A stretch of 61,289 bases of DNA, filler included. It is 9 parts of 9 records of this genome, joined end to end, with 100 filler letters (N's around TTAATTAATTAA, not from the genome) between each part and the next. Parts side by side here need not be neighbours in the genome. Positions count along the whole stretch, not along the records: positions 7,034 to 13,816 come from SRR31147125_86791; positions 13,917 to 19,049 come from SRR31147125_86812; positions 19,150 to 30,278 come from SRR31147125_86823; 6 more parts are not named here. The stretch is one strand, 5' to 3'. Of this stretch, positions 9,634-19,320 are shown piece after piece. Position numbers and translations under genes: made by a program. The stretch's first letter is position 1, and every line of letters begins with the position of its first letter. The notes beneath the pieces were generated by a model. That model saw nothing but the letters and a program-made list of their open reading frames with translations, searched no databases and was not told the DNA's origin.

Positions 9634-10661
9634 ATTTTATTTAGATATTTCTTCGTCAAGACTTCGGCTATCTGAACCGCGTTTAGCGCTGCACCTTTTC
9701 TCAAATTATCCGATACAACCCAACAATCTATTCCGTTCTCAACACTGGAATCTTTTCTGATTCTACCAACAAAGACCTCATCTCTTCCCGTTGAATTAAC
9801 GGCCAGAGGGTACTCGTTGTTTGAAAGATCATCGACAACTTCAACACCAGAAGCGCCACTCAAAAGCTTTCTTACTTCCAAAAGATCAACTGGCTTTTCA
9901 AATTCTATATTAACAGATTCTGAATGAGAACAGAAGACAGGAATTCTGACGGTAGTGGCTGTCACCCGCACAGATGAATCTCCCAATATCTTCTTCGTTT
10001 CGTTAATCATCTTTCGCTCTTCTTTGGAATAGCCATCGTCTTCAAAGACGTCTATGTGAGGAATAGCATTAAAGGCTATCTGATGTGGAAAGACATCAAC
10101 TTCCATCTCTTTCTGATTATATAGAGACTGAACCTGGCTCGACAACTCAGCAATCGCCTTCTTCCCTGCACCGGAAACTGCTTGATATGTTGAAACAACA
10201 ACACGTTTAATTTTATATTTTTTATGAAGAGGTGCAAGAACTGCAACCAATTGAATTGTAGAACAGTTTGGGTTCGCAATTATTTTTTTCTTCTCAAAAT
10301 CTTCAACATCGTTAGGGTTAACTTCTGGAACAACTAACGGCACATCTGGGTCCATCCTGAAAGTCGAAGAGTTATCTATAACAACCGCACCTTTCTTAGC
10401 AGCTATAGGTCCAAACTCCTTACTGATATCTCCGCCTGCGGAAAAGAGAGCAATATCGACATCTTCAAAAATATCTGGATTCAAAACTGCTATGGCATAA
10501 TCAAGCCCCTTATATGAAACAACCTCATCAACAGATCTCTCTGATGCAATAGGGATCAATCTATCGACTGGAAAATCGCGTTCTTCAAGGATCGAAATCA
10601 TTTCACGGCCAACAAGACCAGTTGCACCAACAACAGCTACGTTATACTTTTCTTTAGTCAT
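9630..10661 (-). CDS. asd: Aspartate-semialdehyde dehydrogenase
   Basis: VVGATGLVG, DNSSTFRM, IIANPNCST, STYQAVSGAG, DNLRKGAALNAVQIAE. Confidence 0.97.
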   Translation of the reverse strand: MTKEKYNVAVVGATGLVGREMISILEERDFPVDRLIPIASERSVDEVVSYKGLDYAIAVLNPDIFEDVDIALFSAGGDISKEFGPIAAKKGAVVIDNSSTFRMDPDVPLVVPEVNPNDVEDFEKKKIIANPNCSTIQLVAVLAPLHKKYKIKRVVVSTYQAVSGAGKKAIAELSSQVQSLYNQKEMEVDVFPHQIAFNAIPHIDVFEDDGYSKEERKMINETKKILGDSSVRVTATTVRIPVFCSHSESVNIEFEKPVDLLEVRKLLSGASGVEVVDDLSNNEYPLAVNSTGRDEVFVGRIRKDSSVENGIDCWVVSDNLRKGAALNAVQIAEVLTKKYLNKI

Positions 10662-10757
10662 AATAGGTATTTACACGTTTATTAGGTTTATTTCAAGTTA
10701 TTATATTTAAACCTCTAAGGATCCTAATAAAAGTTGATAAAAAACTCTATTCGATGC

Positions 10758-10785
10758 TGGATCCCGCATCAAGAGCGGGATGACA
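10758..10785. repeat. REP/RPE-like palindromic repeat
   Basis: TGGATCCCGC-ATCAAGA-GCGGGATGACA intergenic hairpin. Confidence 0.55.
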
Positions 10786-10815
10786 ACACTTTACCAACGA
10801 AATATGAATAATAAA

Positions 10816-11097
10816 TCATTTTTTGAAAAGCTTTTCTAACTCGGATTTTACGTTGTATTTTGTTGCCATCTTCTCTTGTTCATCTCTACCAAATTCAAAA
10901 TAGCTACAAAAATTGGACTTATCTTTAATTGAAATTAACTCGGCCTGATTTTCACGACAATCATTAGAATATGACGTATCATAAAAGATGCACTGTAGAC
11001 AACAGTGCAGATCATTTCCACAATTTAAACACTCATCACGGCGACCAACACCGTGTTTATCATCAACTTCTTCTCCACAAAAAACACATTTCTTCAT
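10816..11097 (-). CDS. Small Cys-rich (zinc-ribbon-like) conserved hypothetical protein
   Basis: CxxC..CxxC..HCCxxCxFY..C.E..NFCxYF; start overlaps the pssA stop. Confidence 0.8.
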   Translation of the reverse strand: MKKCVFCGEEVDDKHGVGRRDECLNCGNDLHCCLQCIFYDTSYSNDCRENQAELISIKDKSNFCSYFEFGRDEQEKMATKYNVKSELEKLFKK

Positions 11098-11912
11098 ACT
11101 GCCTCGTCATTAGAAATATCATCATCTTCTTCTCTATTTCTACGAGCCCTGATTTTTTCAATCAATTCCTTACTCTTTCTTAGCGTAACAAGCTCTTCAA
11201 CGATACCCCAAACAACATAACCCAAAACCAAGAAGAAGATCGTAACTTGAGGCTCTAAAGCAATCACAAAAATAATACCAACAGCAATAACCAAGCAGAA
11301 AAACGACCACTTCTTACTAAAATGAACCTTCTTAAAACTTCTATAAGGAATAGTTGAAACCATAAGTAGTGACAAGATAACCGTCATTGCCAATACAACA
11401 TAATTTTTATGTGGCTCTCCAGCTTCCATATAGTGGAAAAAGACAACTAAAGTTGAACACATGTAAGCAGCTACAGGAATAGGCAAGCCTTGAAACCAAT
11501 TCTTTTCAACATTATTTGCCTGAACGTTGAACCGTGCTAAACGCAATGCACCACAAGCAAAATAGAGAAATGCTCCCAACCAACCAACTCGATTAAAACC
11601 CTGCAGTCCCCATGTATACATCAACACAGCAGGGGCAAGACCAAAAGAGGCAAGATCAACAAGAGAATCATACTCAATTCCAAATTCACTTTCAGTCTTA
11701 GTGAGTCTCGCAACTCGACCATCAAGGAAATCAAAAATACCCGCGATCATTATTGCCCAAGCCGCTGCAACATATTCAGCTTTTAGGGCATGTATCACTG
11801 CATAAAAACCACAAAAGAGGCTAGCTGTTGTACAAAGATTTGGAAGTATATAAATCCCTTTCTTCACACCCTCTCTCTTTATTGGGACAACTTTTATATT
11901 ACTCTCACTCAT
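11094..11912 (-). CDS. pssA: CDP-diacylglycerol--serine O-phosphatidyltransferase
   Basis: LPNLCT, DFLDGRVARL..SEFGIEYDSLVDLASFGLAPA, ALRLARFN, FQGLPIP. Confidence 0.95.
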   Translation of the reverse strand: MSESNIKVVPIKREGVKKGIYILPNLCTTASLFCGFYAVIHALKAEYVAAAWAIMIAGIFDFLDGRVARLTKTESEFGIEYDSLVDLASFGLAPAVLMYTWGLQGFNRVGWLGAFLYFACGALRLARFNVQANNVEKNWFQGLPIPVAAYMCSTLVVFFHYMEAGEPHKNYVVLAMTVILSLLMVSTIPYRSFKKVHFSKKWSFFCLVIAVGIIFVIALEPQVTIFFLVLGYVVWGIVEELVTLRKSKELIEKIRARRNREEDDDISNDEAV

Positions 11913-12574
11913 TTAAAACTCCCGAGTATTGTCAATCCAGCCTTCACGCGATCACCAACAGAAATATCAATTTTAGAACTGGTCGGCAGATAAAGATCTA
12001 CTCTAGATCCAAAACGAATTAAACCAAGTCTCTTTCCCTGAACAGCTTCATCACCAAGCCCTAGGTAACAAACAATTCTCCTAGCAACAAGGCCTGCAAC
12101 CTGAACAACTCCGATGTGAACATCATTGTCGGTCCTTATAACAATTGCATTTCTCTCATTATTCTCTGAAGCCTTATTTTCTGAAGCTACAAAAAATTTA
12201 CCAGGATAATACTTAGCATCAACAATCTCACCTGAAATAGGAATTCTATTCACATGAACATTAAAGACAGACATGAAGATAGACAACTTTTTTGCAGGTC
12301 CCTTGGTGTAAGGATTATCTTCTACATCCGAAACCTCAACAATTCTCCCATCAGCTGGAGATATAAAAATATTTTCACCCTTAGGACAAATTCTTTCAGG
12401 ATTTCTAAAGAAATAAATCGAAAAAAGCATCAAACCAGCCATTGGAATACCAACAATCCAATGCCCCGTTCCAAAAAGCAAAACCGTTAAAACCAAAAAT
12501 ATAAAAATAAATATCCACCCTTCGCGAGCGACTATCTGCGCCCGCTCGGGTGGATTAACTACCGATTTATCCAT
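11909..12574 (-). CDS. psd: Phosphatidylserine decarboxylase proenzyme
   Basis: FFRNPER, SPADGRI, IFMSVFNVHVNR, IRFGSRVD (GS cleavage site). Confidence 0.95.
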   Translation of the reverse strand: MDKSVVNPPERAQIVAREGWIFIFIFLVLTVLLFGTGHWIVGIPMAGLMLFSIYFFRNPERICPKGENIFISPADGRIVEVSDVEDNPYTKGPAKKLSIFMSVFNVHVNRIPISGEIVDAKYYPGKFFVASENKASENNERNAIVIRTDNDVHIGVVQVAGLVARRIVCYLGLGDEAVQGKRLGLIRFGSRVDLYLPTSSKIDISVGDRVKAGLTILGSFK

Positions 12575-12600
12575 TTAAACCTCTACTACTCCTAGTATAA

Positions 12601-12828
12601 CTACTCAGCTGCACGATATTTGGACAAAATTGTCTCAATTCGATCGCGACCAAGCAATTTTTTCTTTTTAATTCTATGAACTTCCATCTCTTCTTCAGGC
12701 TTCAGATATGACTTACTCTCTAATTTTTCAAGCTGTTTTTCAAAAAATAGATGTTCCTGCCATAAATGAGCCAGGACTTCATCTTTTTGTGAATACTTGT
12801 CGATTAACTTTAGATCTCTTTCTTCCAT
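12601..12828 (-). CDS. DUF465 (YdcH-like) protein
   Basis: EHLFFEKQL..LE..KKKKLLGRDRI pattern; RBS AAGGAGG. Confidence 0.85.
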   Translation of the reverse strand: MEERDLKLIDKYSQKDEVLAHLWQEHLFFEKQLEKLESKSYLKPEEEMEVHRIKKKKLLGRDRIETILSKYRAAE

Positions 12829-12861
12829 CAACAGCCTCCTTAAGTGTTTGTAATTACAAAT

Positions 12862-12897
12862 AAAAAAAGGTCTGGGGATAAACCTCTCCAGACCTTT
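12862..12897 (-). terminator. Rho-independent terminator upstream of the DUF465 gene
   Basis: AAAGGTCTGGAGA-GGTTTA-TCCCCAGACCTTT followed by a T-tract on the minus strand. Confidence 0.7.
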
Positions 12898-12978
12898 CTA
12901 TAACCAAATTTTCATTTTTTGAACGAAGACCAAGTACCACCTTCCAAAAACCTGTCCTTCGAAATACCTCATTTTCAT
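12898..12978 (-). CDS. Candidate 26-aa leaderless small ORF / leader peptide
   Basis: MKMRYFEGQVFGRWYLVFVQKMKIWL*; ATG 7 nt downstream of a -10 box; the stop abuts the terminator. Confidence 0.35.
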   Translation of the reverse strand: MKMRYFEGQVFGRWYLVFVQKMKIWL

Positions 12979-12984
12979 ATAAAT

Positions 12985-13014
12985 ATTCTAATCCTTTATT
13001 TCAGCATCTGTCAA
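12985..13014 (-). promoter_or_regulatory. Candidate sigma-70 promoter
   Basis: TTGACA-N18-TAGAAT. Confidence 0.55.
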
Positions 13015-13056
13015 GTTTATTTGTAAACCAACATAAAGAGCAAACAGTGAAATAAT

Positions 13057-13776
13057 CTACATCTGATCGTATAATATATAGTATTCATTATAGAGCTCAT
13101 TCCAGCTCTGCCAGTCGTCTTTCACGTGCTTCCAGAAGGCCCTTCCCTTACCCCTCCATGGATCATAGACTATCCCATCCTGAATATTGCCGCCCCTCTT
13201 AGTAATAATCACTGCATTATTTTCTGTAACTTTTCCCTGGCTGTGGACTCCCCAATGCCTTTCAAAATAGCTCATCGGCTTATTTGGAAGAGATTTTAAA
13301 AGATTTTCAGTCCAGTGATAACAATATCCACCATCTTTTGAGCCAACCTTAATTAAAAAATTGTGAAACAAAGAAGAACCCGTCATTCTATATTTTTCAT
13401 TTAGCTTTCTTGTTGTTGTCACCAAAACATAGCTGATTGTCTCAGCTTCCCTATCCAACAACTCCTTATCCTTTACCGAACGTTTGTTATGCAAGGACTT
13501 CAACTCATTCTTGAGTTCAGATATTTCCTGAACATCATCTCTAATCCGCTTCTTCTCAAAACAATCGTTGATTTTATTTCTGAGTTTTTTCGAAACACCC
13601 TTAATTGAACGAGCTCTCTTTTTAAGGATATACTTTCGATATTTTGTTGGCAAAGACGCAACACACTCTTCCAATTCTAAATTCGATTTTTCATATAGTT
13701 CAGGAATAAGACTTTTTGAATAAACTGTATTCGAACAAAACAGAACAGACATGAAAACTAATAAAGTTATCAACAA
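13057..13776 (-). CDS. Exported conserved hypothetical protein, possible papain/transglutaminase-like fold
   Basis: Signal-like N-terminus; HNFLIKVG..GYCYHW, ENNAVII, VYDPWR; the frame stays open upstream to the contig end. Confidence 0.7.
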   Translation of the reverse strand: MLITLLVFMSVLFCSNTVYSKSLIPELYEKSNLELEECVASLPTKYRKYILKKRARSIKGVSKKLRNKINDCFEKKRIRDDVQEISELKNELKSLHNKRSVKDKELLDREAETISYVLVTTTRKLNEKYRMTGSSLFHNFLIKVGSKDGGYCYHWTENLLKSLPNKPMSYFERHWGVHSQGKVTENNAVIITKRGGNIQDGIVYDPWRGKGRAFWKHVKDDWQSWNELYNEYYILYDQM

Positions 13777-13787
13777 AGTCCATTTTC

Positions 13788-13816
13788 TGTCATTGCGAGA
13801 AGTGAAACGACGAAGC
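13788..13816. repeat. Truncated RPE/REP-like repeat
   Basis: TGTCATTGCGAGAAGTGAAACGACGAAGC at the contig end resembles the GTCATTGCGAG..GCGACGAAGCAATC repeat type. Confidence 0.55.
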
Positions 13817-13916
13817 NNNNNNNNNNNNNNNNNNNNNNNNNNNNNNNNNNNNNNNNNNNNTTAATTAATTAANNNNNNNNNNNNNNNNNNNNNNNNNNNN
13901 NNNNNNNNNNNNNNNN
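13817..13916. other. Artificial contig linker
   Basis: N44-TTAATTAATTAA-N44. Confidence 0.99.
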
Positions 13917-14630
<714 letters not shown>

Positions 14631-14669
14631 AAAATATAAAAACTCTCTGTTAGAAAGGAAAAGACAAAA

Positions 14670-14996
14670 ATGAAGATGATAAGAGCAATTGTTAGACCAG
14701 AAAAGGTTTCTGTTATATTAGACGAATTAAGTGATGCTGGTTATCCTGCTGTTACTAAAATTGATGTTGTAGGAAGAGGTAAGCAACGTGGTGTTAAAGT
14801 TGGGGATGTACATTATGACCAGCTGCCAAAAGAAATATTGCTTATGGTTGTTGAAGATGATGCTGTAGACGAGATTACTCATCTAATATGCAAAAATGCG
14901 AAATCGGGTGACGATGGTGCGTTTGGTGATGGAAAGATATTTATCAGCAGTGTTGAAAAAGCGTTTACTATAAGTAGTGGCGAAGAAAAACTATAG
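14670..14996 (+). CDS. nifI1: PII-like nitrogenase regulator NifI1
   Basis: IRAIVRPEK, GRGKQRG, GAFGDGKIF; located between nifH and nifD. Confidence 0.92.
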   Translation: MKMIRAIVRPEKVSVILDELSDAGYPAVTKIDVVGRGKQRGVKVGDVHYDQLPKEILLMVVEDDAVDEITHLICKNAKSGDDGAFGDGKIFISSVEKAFTISSGEEKL

Positions 14997-15013
14997 GGAA
15001 AGGTGGATTATTT

Positions 15014-15397
15014 ATGAAAGAAGTTATGGCGGTAATAAGAATAAACAAAATTAATGAAACAAAACGTCATCTTTCTGAAAACGGATTCCCTGTAGCAACC
15101 TGCCGCAAAGTTTATGGTCGTGGCGCTAAAAGAGCAAACTATGATCTTATTGAAGAGATGTTAGATGAAAATGTTTCAGCTTCAAAAGAGGTTATGGAGA
15201 GTATATCTGAAGCGCACAGACTTATTGCGAAAAGACTTTTGATGCTTGTTGTTTTAGATGATGAAGTTGAAAAGGTTGTAGAGCTTATTACAGAAGTGAA
15301 TCAGACTGGAAGCATGGGCGATGGAAAAATCTTTATTATGCCTGTTGAAGAGTCTATACGTGTTAGAACAGGTGAACGTGGAAACGACGCAGTATAA
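15014..15397 (+). CDS. nifI2: PII-like nitrogenase regulator NifI2
   Basis: MKEVMAVIR, VYGRG, long T-loop, NQTG..GDGKIF, IRVRTGERG. Confidence 0.92.
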   Translation: MKEVMAVIRINKINETKRHLSENGFPVATCRKVYGRGAKRANYDLIEEMLDENVSASKEVMESISEAHRLIAKRLLMLVVLDDEVEKVVELITEVNQTGSMGDGKIFIMPVEESIRVRTGERGNDAV

Positions 15398-15420
15398 AGG
15401 TAACCTAGAAAGGAGACAAG

Positions 15421-17022
15421 ATGAGTGATTTAAACAATTTACAAGATAAAATTTTAGATAAATATCCTGCTAGGGTCCTTAAAAACAGAAAGAAACACAT
15501 TTTAGTAAAGGATTCTAGTGTAAAACAAGAGATAGCAGCTAATACAAGAACAGTTCCAGGCATTATCACAAACAGGGGTTGTTGTTATGCTGGATGTAAA
15601 GGTGTTGTTATTGGTCCAATTATCGATATGGTACATATAGTACACGGACCGATTGGTTGTTCGTATTATGCTTGGGGAACAAGAAGAAACAAAGGTAAAG
15701 CAAGAGAAGGTGGAAAGAACTTTTTGAACTATTGCTTTAGTACTGATATGCAAGAAAGTGATATCGTTTTTGGCGGAGAAAAAAAGCTTATGAATGCTAT
15801 TTTGGAAGCTTATGAGATATTTAAACCAAATGCAATATCTGTTTCTGCAACTTGCCCAGTTGGGCTTATTGGTGATGATATTAACCAAGTATCAAAACAA
15901 GCGCAAGAACAAATAGGGATTCCCGTACTTGCATTTAGCTGTGAAGGTTATAAAGGCGTTAGCCAATCAGCTGGTCACCATATAGCTAATAATAAGCTTA
16001 TGACAGAAGTTGTTGGTAGAACTGACGAAGAATTTGGTAAGTATGCAATCAATATGCTTGGCGAATACAATATTGGCGGAGACGAATGGGAGATCAGTCG
16101 TGTTCTTACAAAAATTGGTTATAAGGTTGTAACGACTATGACGGGTAACTCTACACATGAAGAGATATCTAAAGCACATAATGCTAATTTAAACTTGGTT
16201 CAATGCCATAGATCAATTAACTATATCGCAGATATGATTGAAACAAAATATGGTATTCCTTGGTTAAAAGTTAACTTTATCGGTATAGAATCGATGAGCA
16301 AATCTTTAAGAGAGATGGCGAAATTCTTTGATGATGAAGCTTTAACTAAGAGAACAGAAGAAGTTATTAAAGAGGAAACAGAAGCTTTAAAAGACGAGAT
16401 GGAAGAATATCGTAAAATCTGCGATGGAAAAACAGCAATACTCTTTGTTGGTGGTTCAAGGGCGCATCACTATCAAGGTTTGCTGAAAGAAATCGGCATG
16501 GATACGGTTGCAGCAGGATACGAGTTTGCTCATAGAGATGACTATGAGGGTAGAGATATTATACCTGATATAAAACTTGATGCAGACAGTAGAAATATTG
16601 AAGAGATAAAAGTTGAAAAGGACGAGAAAAAATATAGGTTAAGAATGTCTCAAACACAATACGATAAGCTAAAAGATGAGATAGCACTTAGTAAGTATGA
16701 AGGACTTATTACTGAGATGGACGATGGTCAAATTTTGATTGATGACTTAAACCATTTTGAAACCGAAATGTTGATTAAGGTATTAAAACCAGCGTTCTTT
16801 GGTTCTGGTATAAAGGATAAATATATCATTCAAAAAATGGGTGTTTATTCAAAACAAATGCACTCATACGATTATAGTGGACCTTATGCTGGATATAAAG
16901 GAGCACGTAACTTTGCTCGTGATGTTGCAGCAGGAATATTTACACCTGCATGGAACTATATTATTCCACCTTGGAAAAAGGAGCCAACTTTAAAAGGCAA
17001 AGTCGTAGAGAAAGGAGCGTAA
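15421..17022 (+). CDS. nifD: MoFe nitrogenase alpha chain (group II type with internal insertion)
   Basis: RGCCYAGC, HGPIGC, TCPVGLIGDD, SQSAGHH, VQCHRSINY (FeMoco Cys), QMHSYDY (FeMoco His). Confidence 0.97.
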   Translation: MSDLNNLQDKILDKYPARVLKNRKKHILVKDSSVKQEIAANTRTVPGIITNRGCCYAGCKGVVIGPIIDMVHIVHGPIGCSYYAWGTRRNKGKAREGGKNFLNYCFSTDMQESDIVFGGEKKLMNAILEAYEIFKPNAISVSATCPVGLIGDDINQVSKQAQEQIGIPVLAFSCEGYKGVSQSAGHHIANNKLMTEVVGRTDEEFGKYAINMLGEYNIGGDEWEISRVLTKIGYKVVTTMTGNSTHEEISKAHNANLNLVQCHRSINYIADMIETKYGIPWLKVNFIGIESMSKSLREMAKFFDDEALTKRTEEVIKEETEALKDEMEEYRKICDGKTAILFVGGSRAHHYQGLLKEIGMDTVAAGYEFAHRDDYEGRDIIPDIKLDADSRNIEEIKVEKDEKKYRLRMSQTQYDKLKDEIALSKYEGLITEMDDGQILIDDLNHFETEMLIKVLKPAFFGSGIKDKYIIQKMGVYSKQMHSYDYSGPYAGYKGARNFARDVAAGIFTPAWNYIIPPWKKEPTLKGKVVEKGA

Positions 17023-17027
17023 CCTAA

Positions 17028-18398
17028 ATGTTAGAATATACACCAAAAGAAATTTCAGAGCGTAAATCTCTGGTAGTTAACCCAGCAAAAACATGTCAGC
17101 CGATAGGTGCTATGTATGCTGCGCTTGGCATTCATAAGTGTTTGCCACATAGTCATGGATCACAAGGATGCTGCTCCTATCATAGAATGCATTTGACAAG
17201 GCATTATAGAGATCCAATTATGGCGTCTACATCATCTTTTACCGAAGGTGCTTGTGTTTTTGGAGGAAAATCCAATCTGTCAAAAGGTTTAGAAAATATA
17301 TTTAATATTTATAACCCGGATATCGTTGCTGTAAACAGCACATGCCTTTCTGAAACGATTGGTGATGATATGGGCGAAATTATAAAAGATACTATGCCAA
17401 AGTTGCCTGAGGGTAAGATAGTAATACATGCAAACACACCTAGTTACACAGGGTCGCATGTTACTGGATTTTCAAATATGGCAAAAGCTATGGTAACTTA
17501 TTTAGCGGAGCCAACAGAAAAAAAGAACAAGACAATCAATATAATACCAGGTTATGTAGAGCCTTCTGATATGAAAGAAATAAAACGCATGATGAAACTT
17601 TTGGATGCTAAATATATTATGTATCCAGACACATCTGGCGTTGTAAACTCACCGCTTACAGGAAGATACGAGATGTACCCTGAGGGAGGAACACCGATTA
17701 AAAAGATTAAAAAAAGTGGATCATCAAAGTTTACTTTGGCGCTTGGAAAGTTTGCATCTAAAGATGCAGCTTACGAGCTTGAGAAAAAATGTGATGTTCC
17801 TTCTAAGGCTATAAACTTACCAATTGGTGTTAAAGCTACTGATGACTTTATTATGAATGTAATAGAGGTTACTGGTGGTGAAGTCCCTAAAGAATTAGAG
17901 GAGGAAAGAGGACAGCTACTTGACTTAATGGTTGATATACATAACCATTATCACGGAAAAAAGGTTGCGATATTCGGCGATCCTGATCATGTGATATCCT
18001 TAACAGAATTTGTTATTAGTCTTGGTATGAAACCAAAGTATATCATAACAGGTACTCCAGGAAAAGCGTTTGATAAAACGATCAATAGTATTTTGGAGAG
18101 TGCAGGAATTGAGGATGCTAAAGTTGCAAACAATGCTGACCTTATGACGCTTCATCAATGGATAAAAAATGATCCTGTGGATATGCTTATCGGGAACACA
18201 TATGGTAAGTATATAGCAAGAGCAGAGGATATTCCGCTTGTAAGGATTGGGTTTCCTATCTTAGATAGAGTAGGACATAGTTTCTTTTCTACTGTAGGAT
18301 ATACAGGAGCTATAAGGTTGATTGAAAAAATAAGTGGTGCATTTTTAGATAAGTATGACAGAGAATGTGCTGATGAAGATTTTGAACTAGTTTTATAA
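17028..18398 (+). CDS. nifK: MoFe nitrogenase beta chain
   Basis: NPAKTCQPIGA, HSHGSQGCCSYHR, TCLSETIGDD, TPSYTGSH, FPILDR. Confidence 0.97.
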   Translation: MLEYTPKEISERKSLVVNPAKTCQPIGAMYAALGIHKCLPHSHGSQGCCSYHRMHLTRHYRDPIMASTSSFTEGACVFGGKSNLSKGLENIFNIYNPDIVAVNSTCLSETIGDDMGEIIKDTMPKLPEGKIVIHANTPSYTGSHVTGFSNMAKAMVTYLAEPTEKKNKTINIIPGYVEPSDMKEIKRMMKLLDAKYIMYPDTSGVVNSPLTGRYEMYPEGGTPIKKIKKSGSSKFTLALGKFASKDAAYELEKKCDVPSKAINLPIGVKATDDFIMNVIEVTGGEVPKELEEERGQLLDLMVDIHNHYHGKKVAIFGDPDHVISLTEFVISLGMKPKYIITGTPGKAFDKTINSILESAGIEDAKVANNADLMTLHQWIKNDPVDMLIGNTYGKYIARAEDIPLVRIGFPILDRVGHSFFSTVGYTGAIRLIEKISGAFLDKYDRECADEDFELVL

Positions 18399-18412
18399 AA
18401 AACAAGAAAGGA

Positions 18413-18441
18413 TTGGCGGCTAAAATTTAAATAGCCGCCAA
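18413..18441 (+). terminator. Stem-loop between nifK and the ABC binding-protein gene
   Basis: TTGGCGGCTA-N9-TAGCCGCCAA, with no strong U-tract. Confidence 0.45.
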
Positions 18442-18451
18442 ATTATAAATT

Positions 18452-19049
18452 ATGATGAAGAGAAATATTTTTGTGCTTATAGTATTGCTGGTAATTTCTC
18501 TTTTGGTGGCGTGCCAAGATGTGCAGTCTGACGTGCTGAATGAGGAGGAATCAAGCAAAAATATAGAGATTGAAGAAGAGCCGAATGAAGAAAAAAACGA
18601 TGAAAGTGACTTAGAAGAAGTAACAATTGTGGATATGGCAGGCAGAGAAATTGTTGTTCCTAGTGTAGTTGATAGAGTTTTTGGAACAAATAACAATTCA
18701 ACTATAATGCTGTATACACTTGCACCACAAAAGATGATTGCTTGGAACATTAAGTTTAATGAAAAATCAGCAAAGTATATTCTGCCAGATATCGTTTCTT
18801 TACCTGTAGTAGGTAATTTATTTGGTAGTGGTAAAAAAGCTAATGTTGAAGAAGTGGCTTCGTTAAACCCTGATATTGCTATAGTAACGAATACGGTATT
18901 AAACGATAAAGTAACGGATTCTGCAAATAAACTTGAAAAGCAGCTTGGAATCCCTGTAGCTGTTGTCATTGCAAATGTAGATAATTATGACAAGGCATAT
19001 GAGTTTTTGGGTGATCTTTTAGGAGAACAGGAAAAAGCGAAGTCTTTGG
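18452..19049 (+). CDS. Class III (Fe/siderophore/B12-type) ABC substrate-binding lipoprotein, 3'-truncated
   Basis: Lipobox LVAC, acidic linker, TIVDMAGREIVVP, NVEEVASLNPD. Confidence 0.85.
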
Positions 19050-19149
19050 NNNNNNNNNNNNNNNNNNNNNNNNNNNNNNNNNNNNNNNNNNNNTTAATTA
19101 ATTAANNNNNNNNNNNNNNNNNNNNNNNNNNNNNNNNNNNNNNNNNNNN
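19050..19149. other. Artificial contig linker
   Basis: N44-TTAATTAATTAA-N44. Confidence 0.99.
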
Positions 19150-19320
19150 CCTCAACCCCATCGGGCCAAAAGGACTTTTCGGTAAATAGGTCCATCGGGT
19201 TGCCGCTTGAAACAAGACTTGTGCTTTTGCCTTGAAACAATGGACTGTTTTTGAGATATCCTCCAGGTGATTCACCGGAATCGGCCTTTTCGACATAGGA
19301 TCAGGAGGACGCCTAAAAAA

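Noticed and set aside
19206..19240. Direct repeat CTTGAAACAA x2
   Set aside because: Only two short copies; at most an operator, not an array
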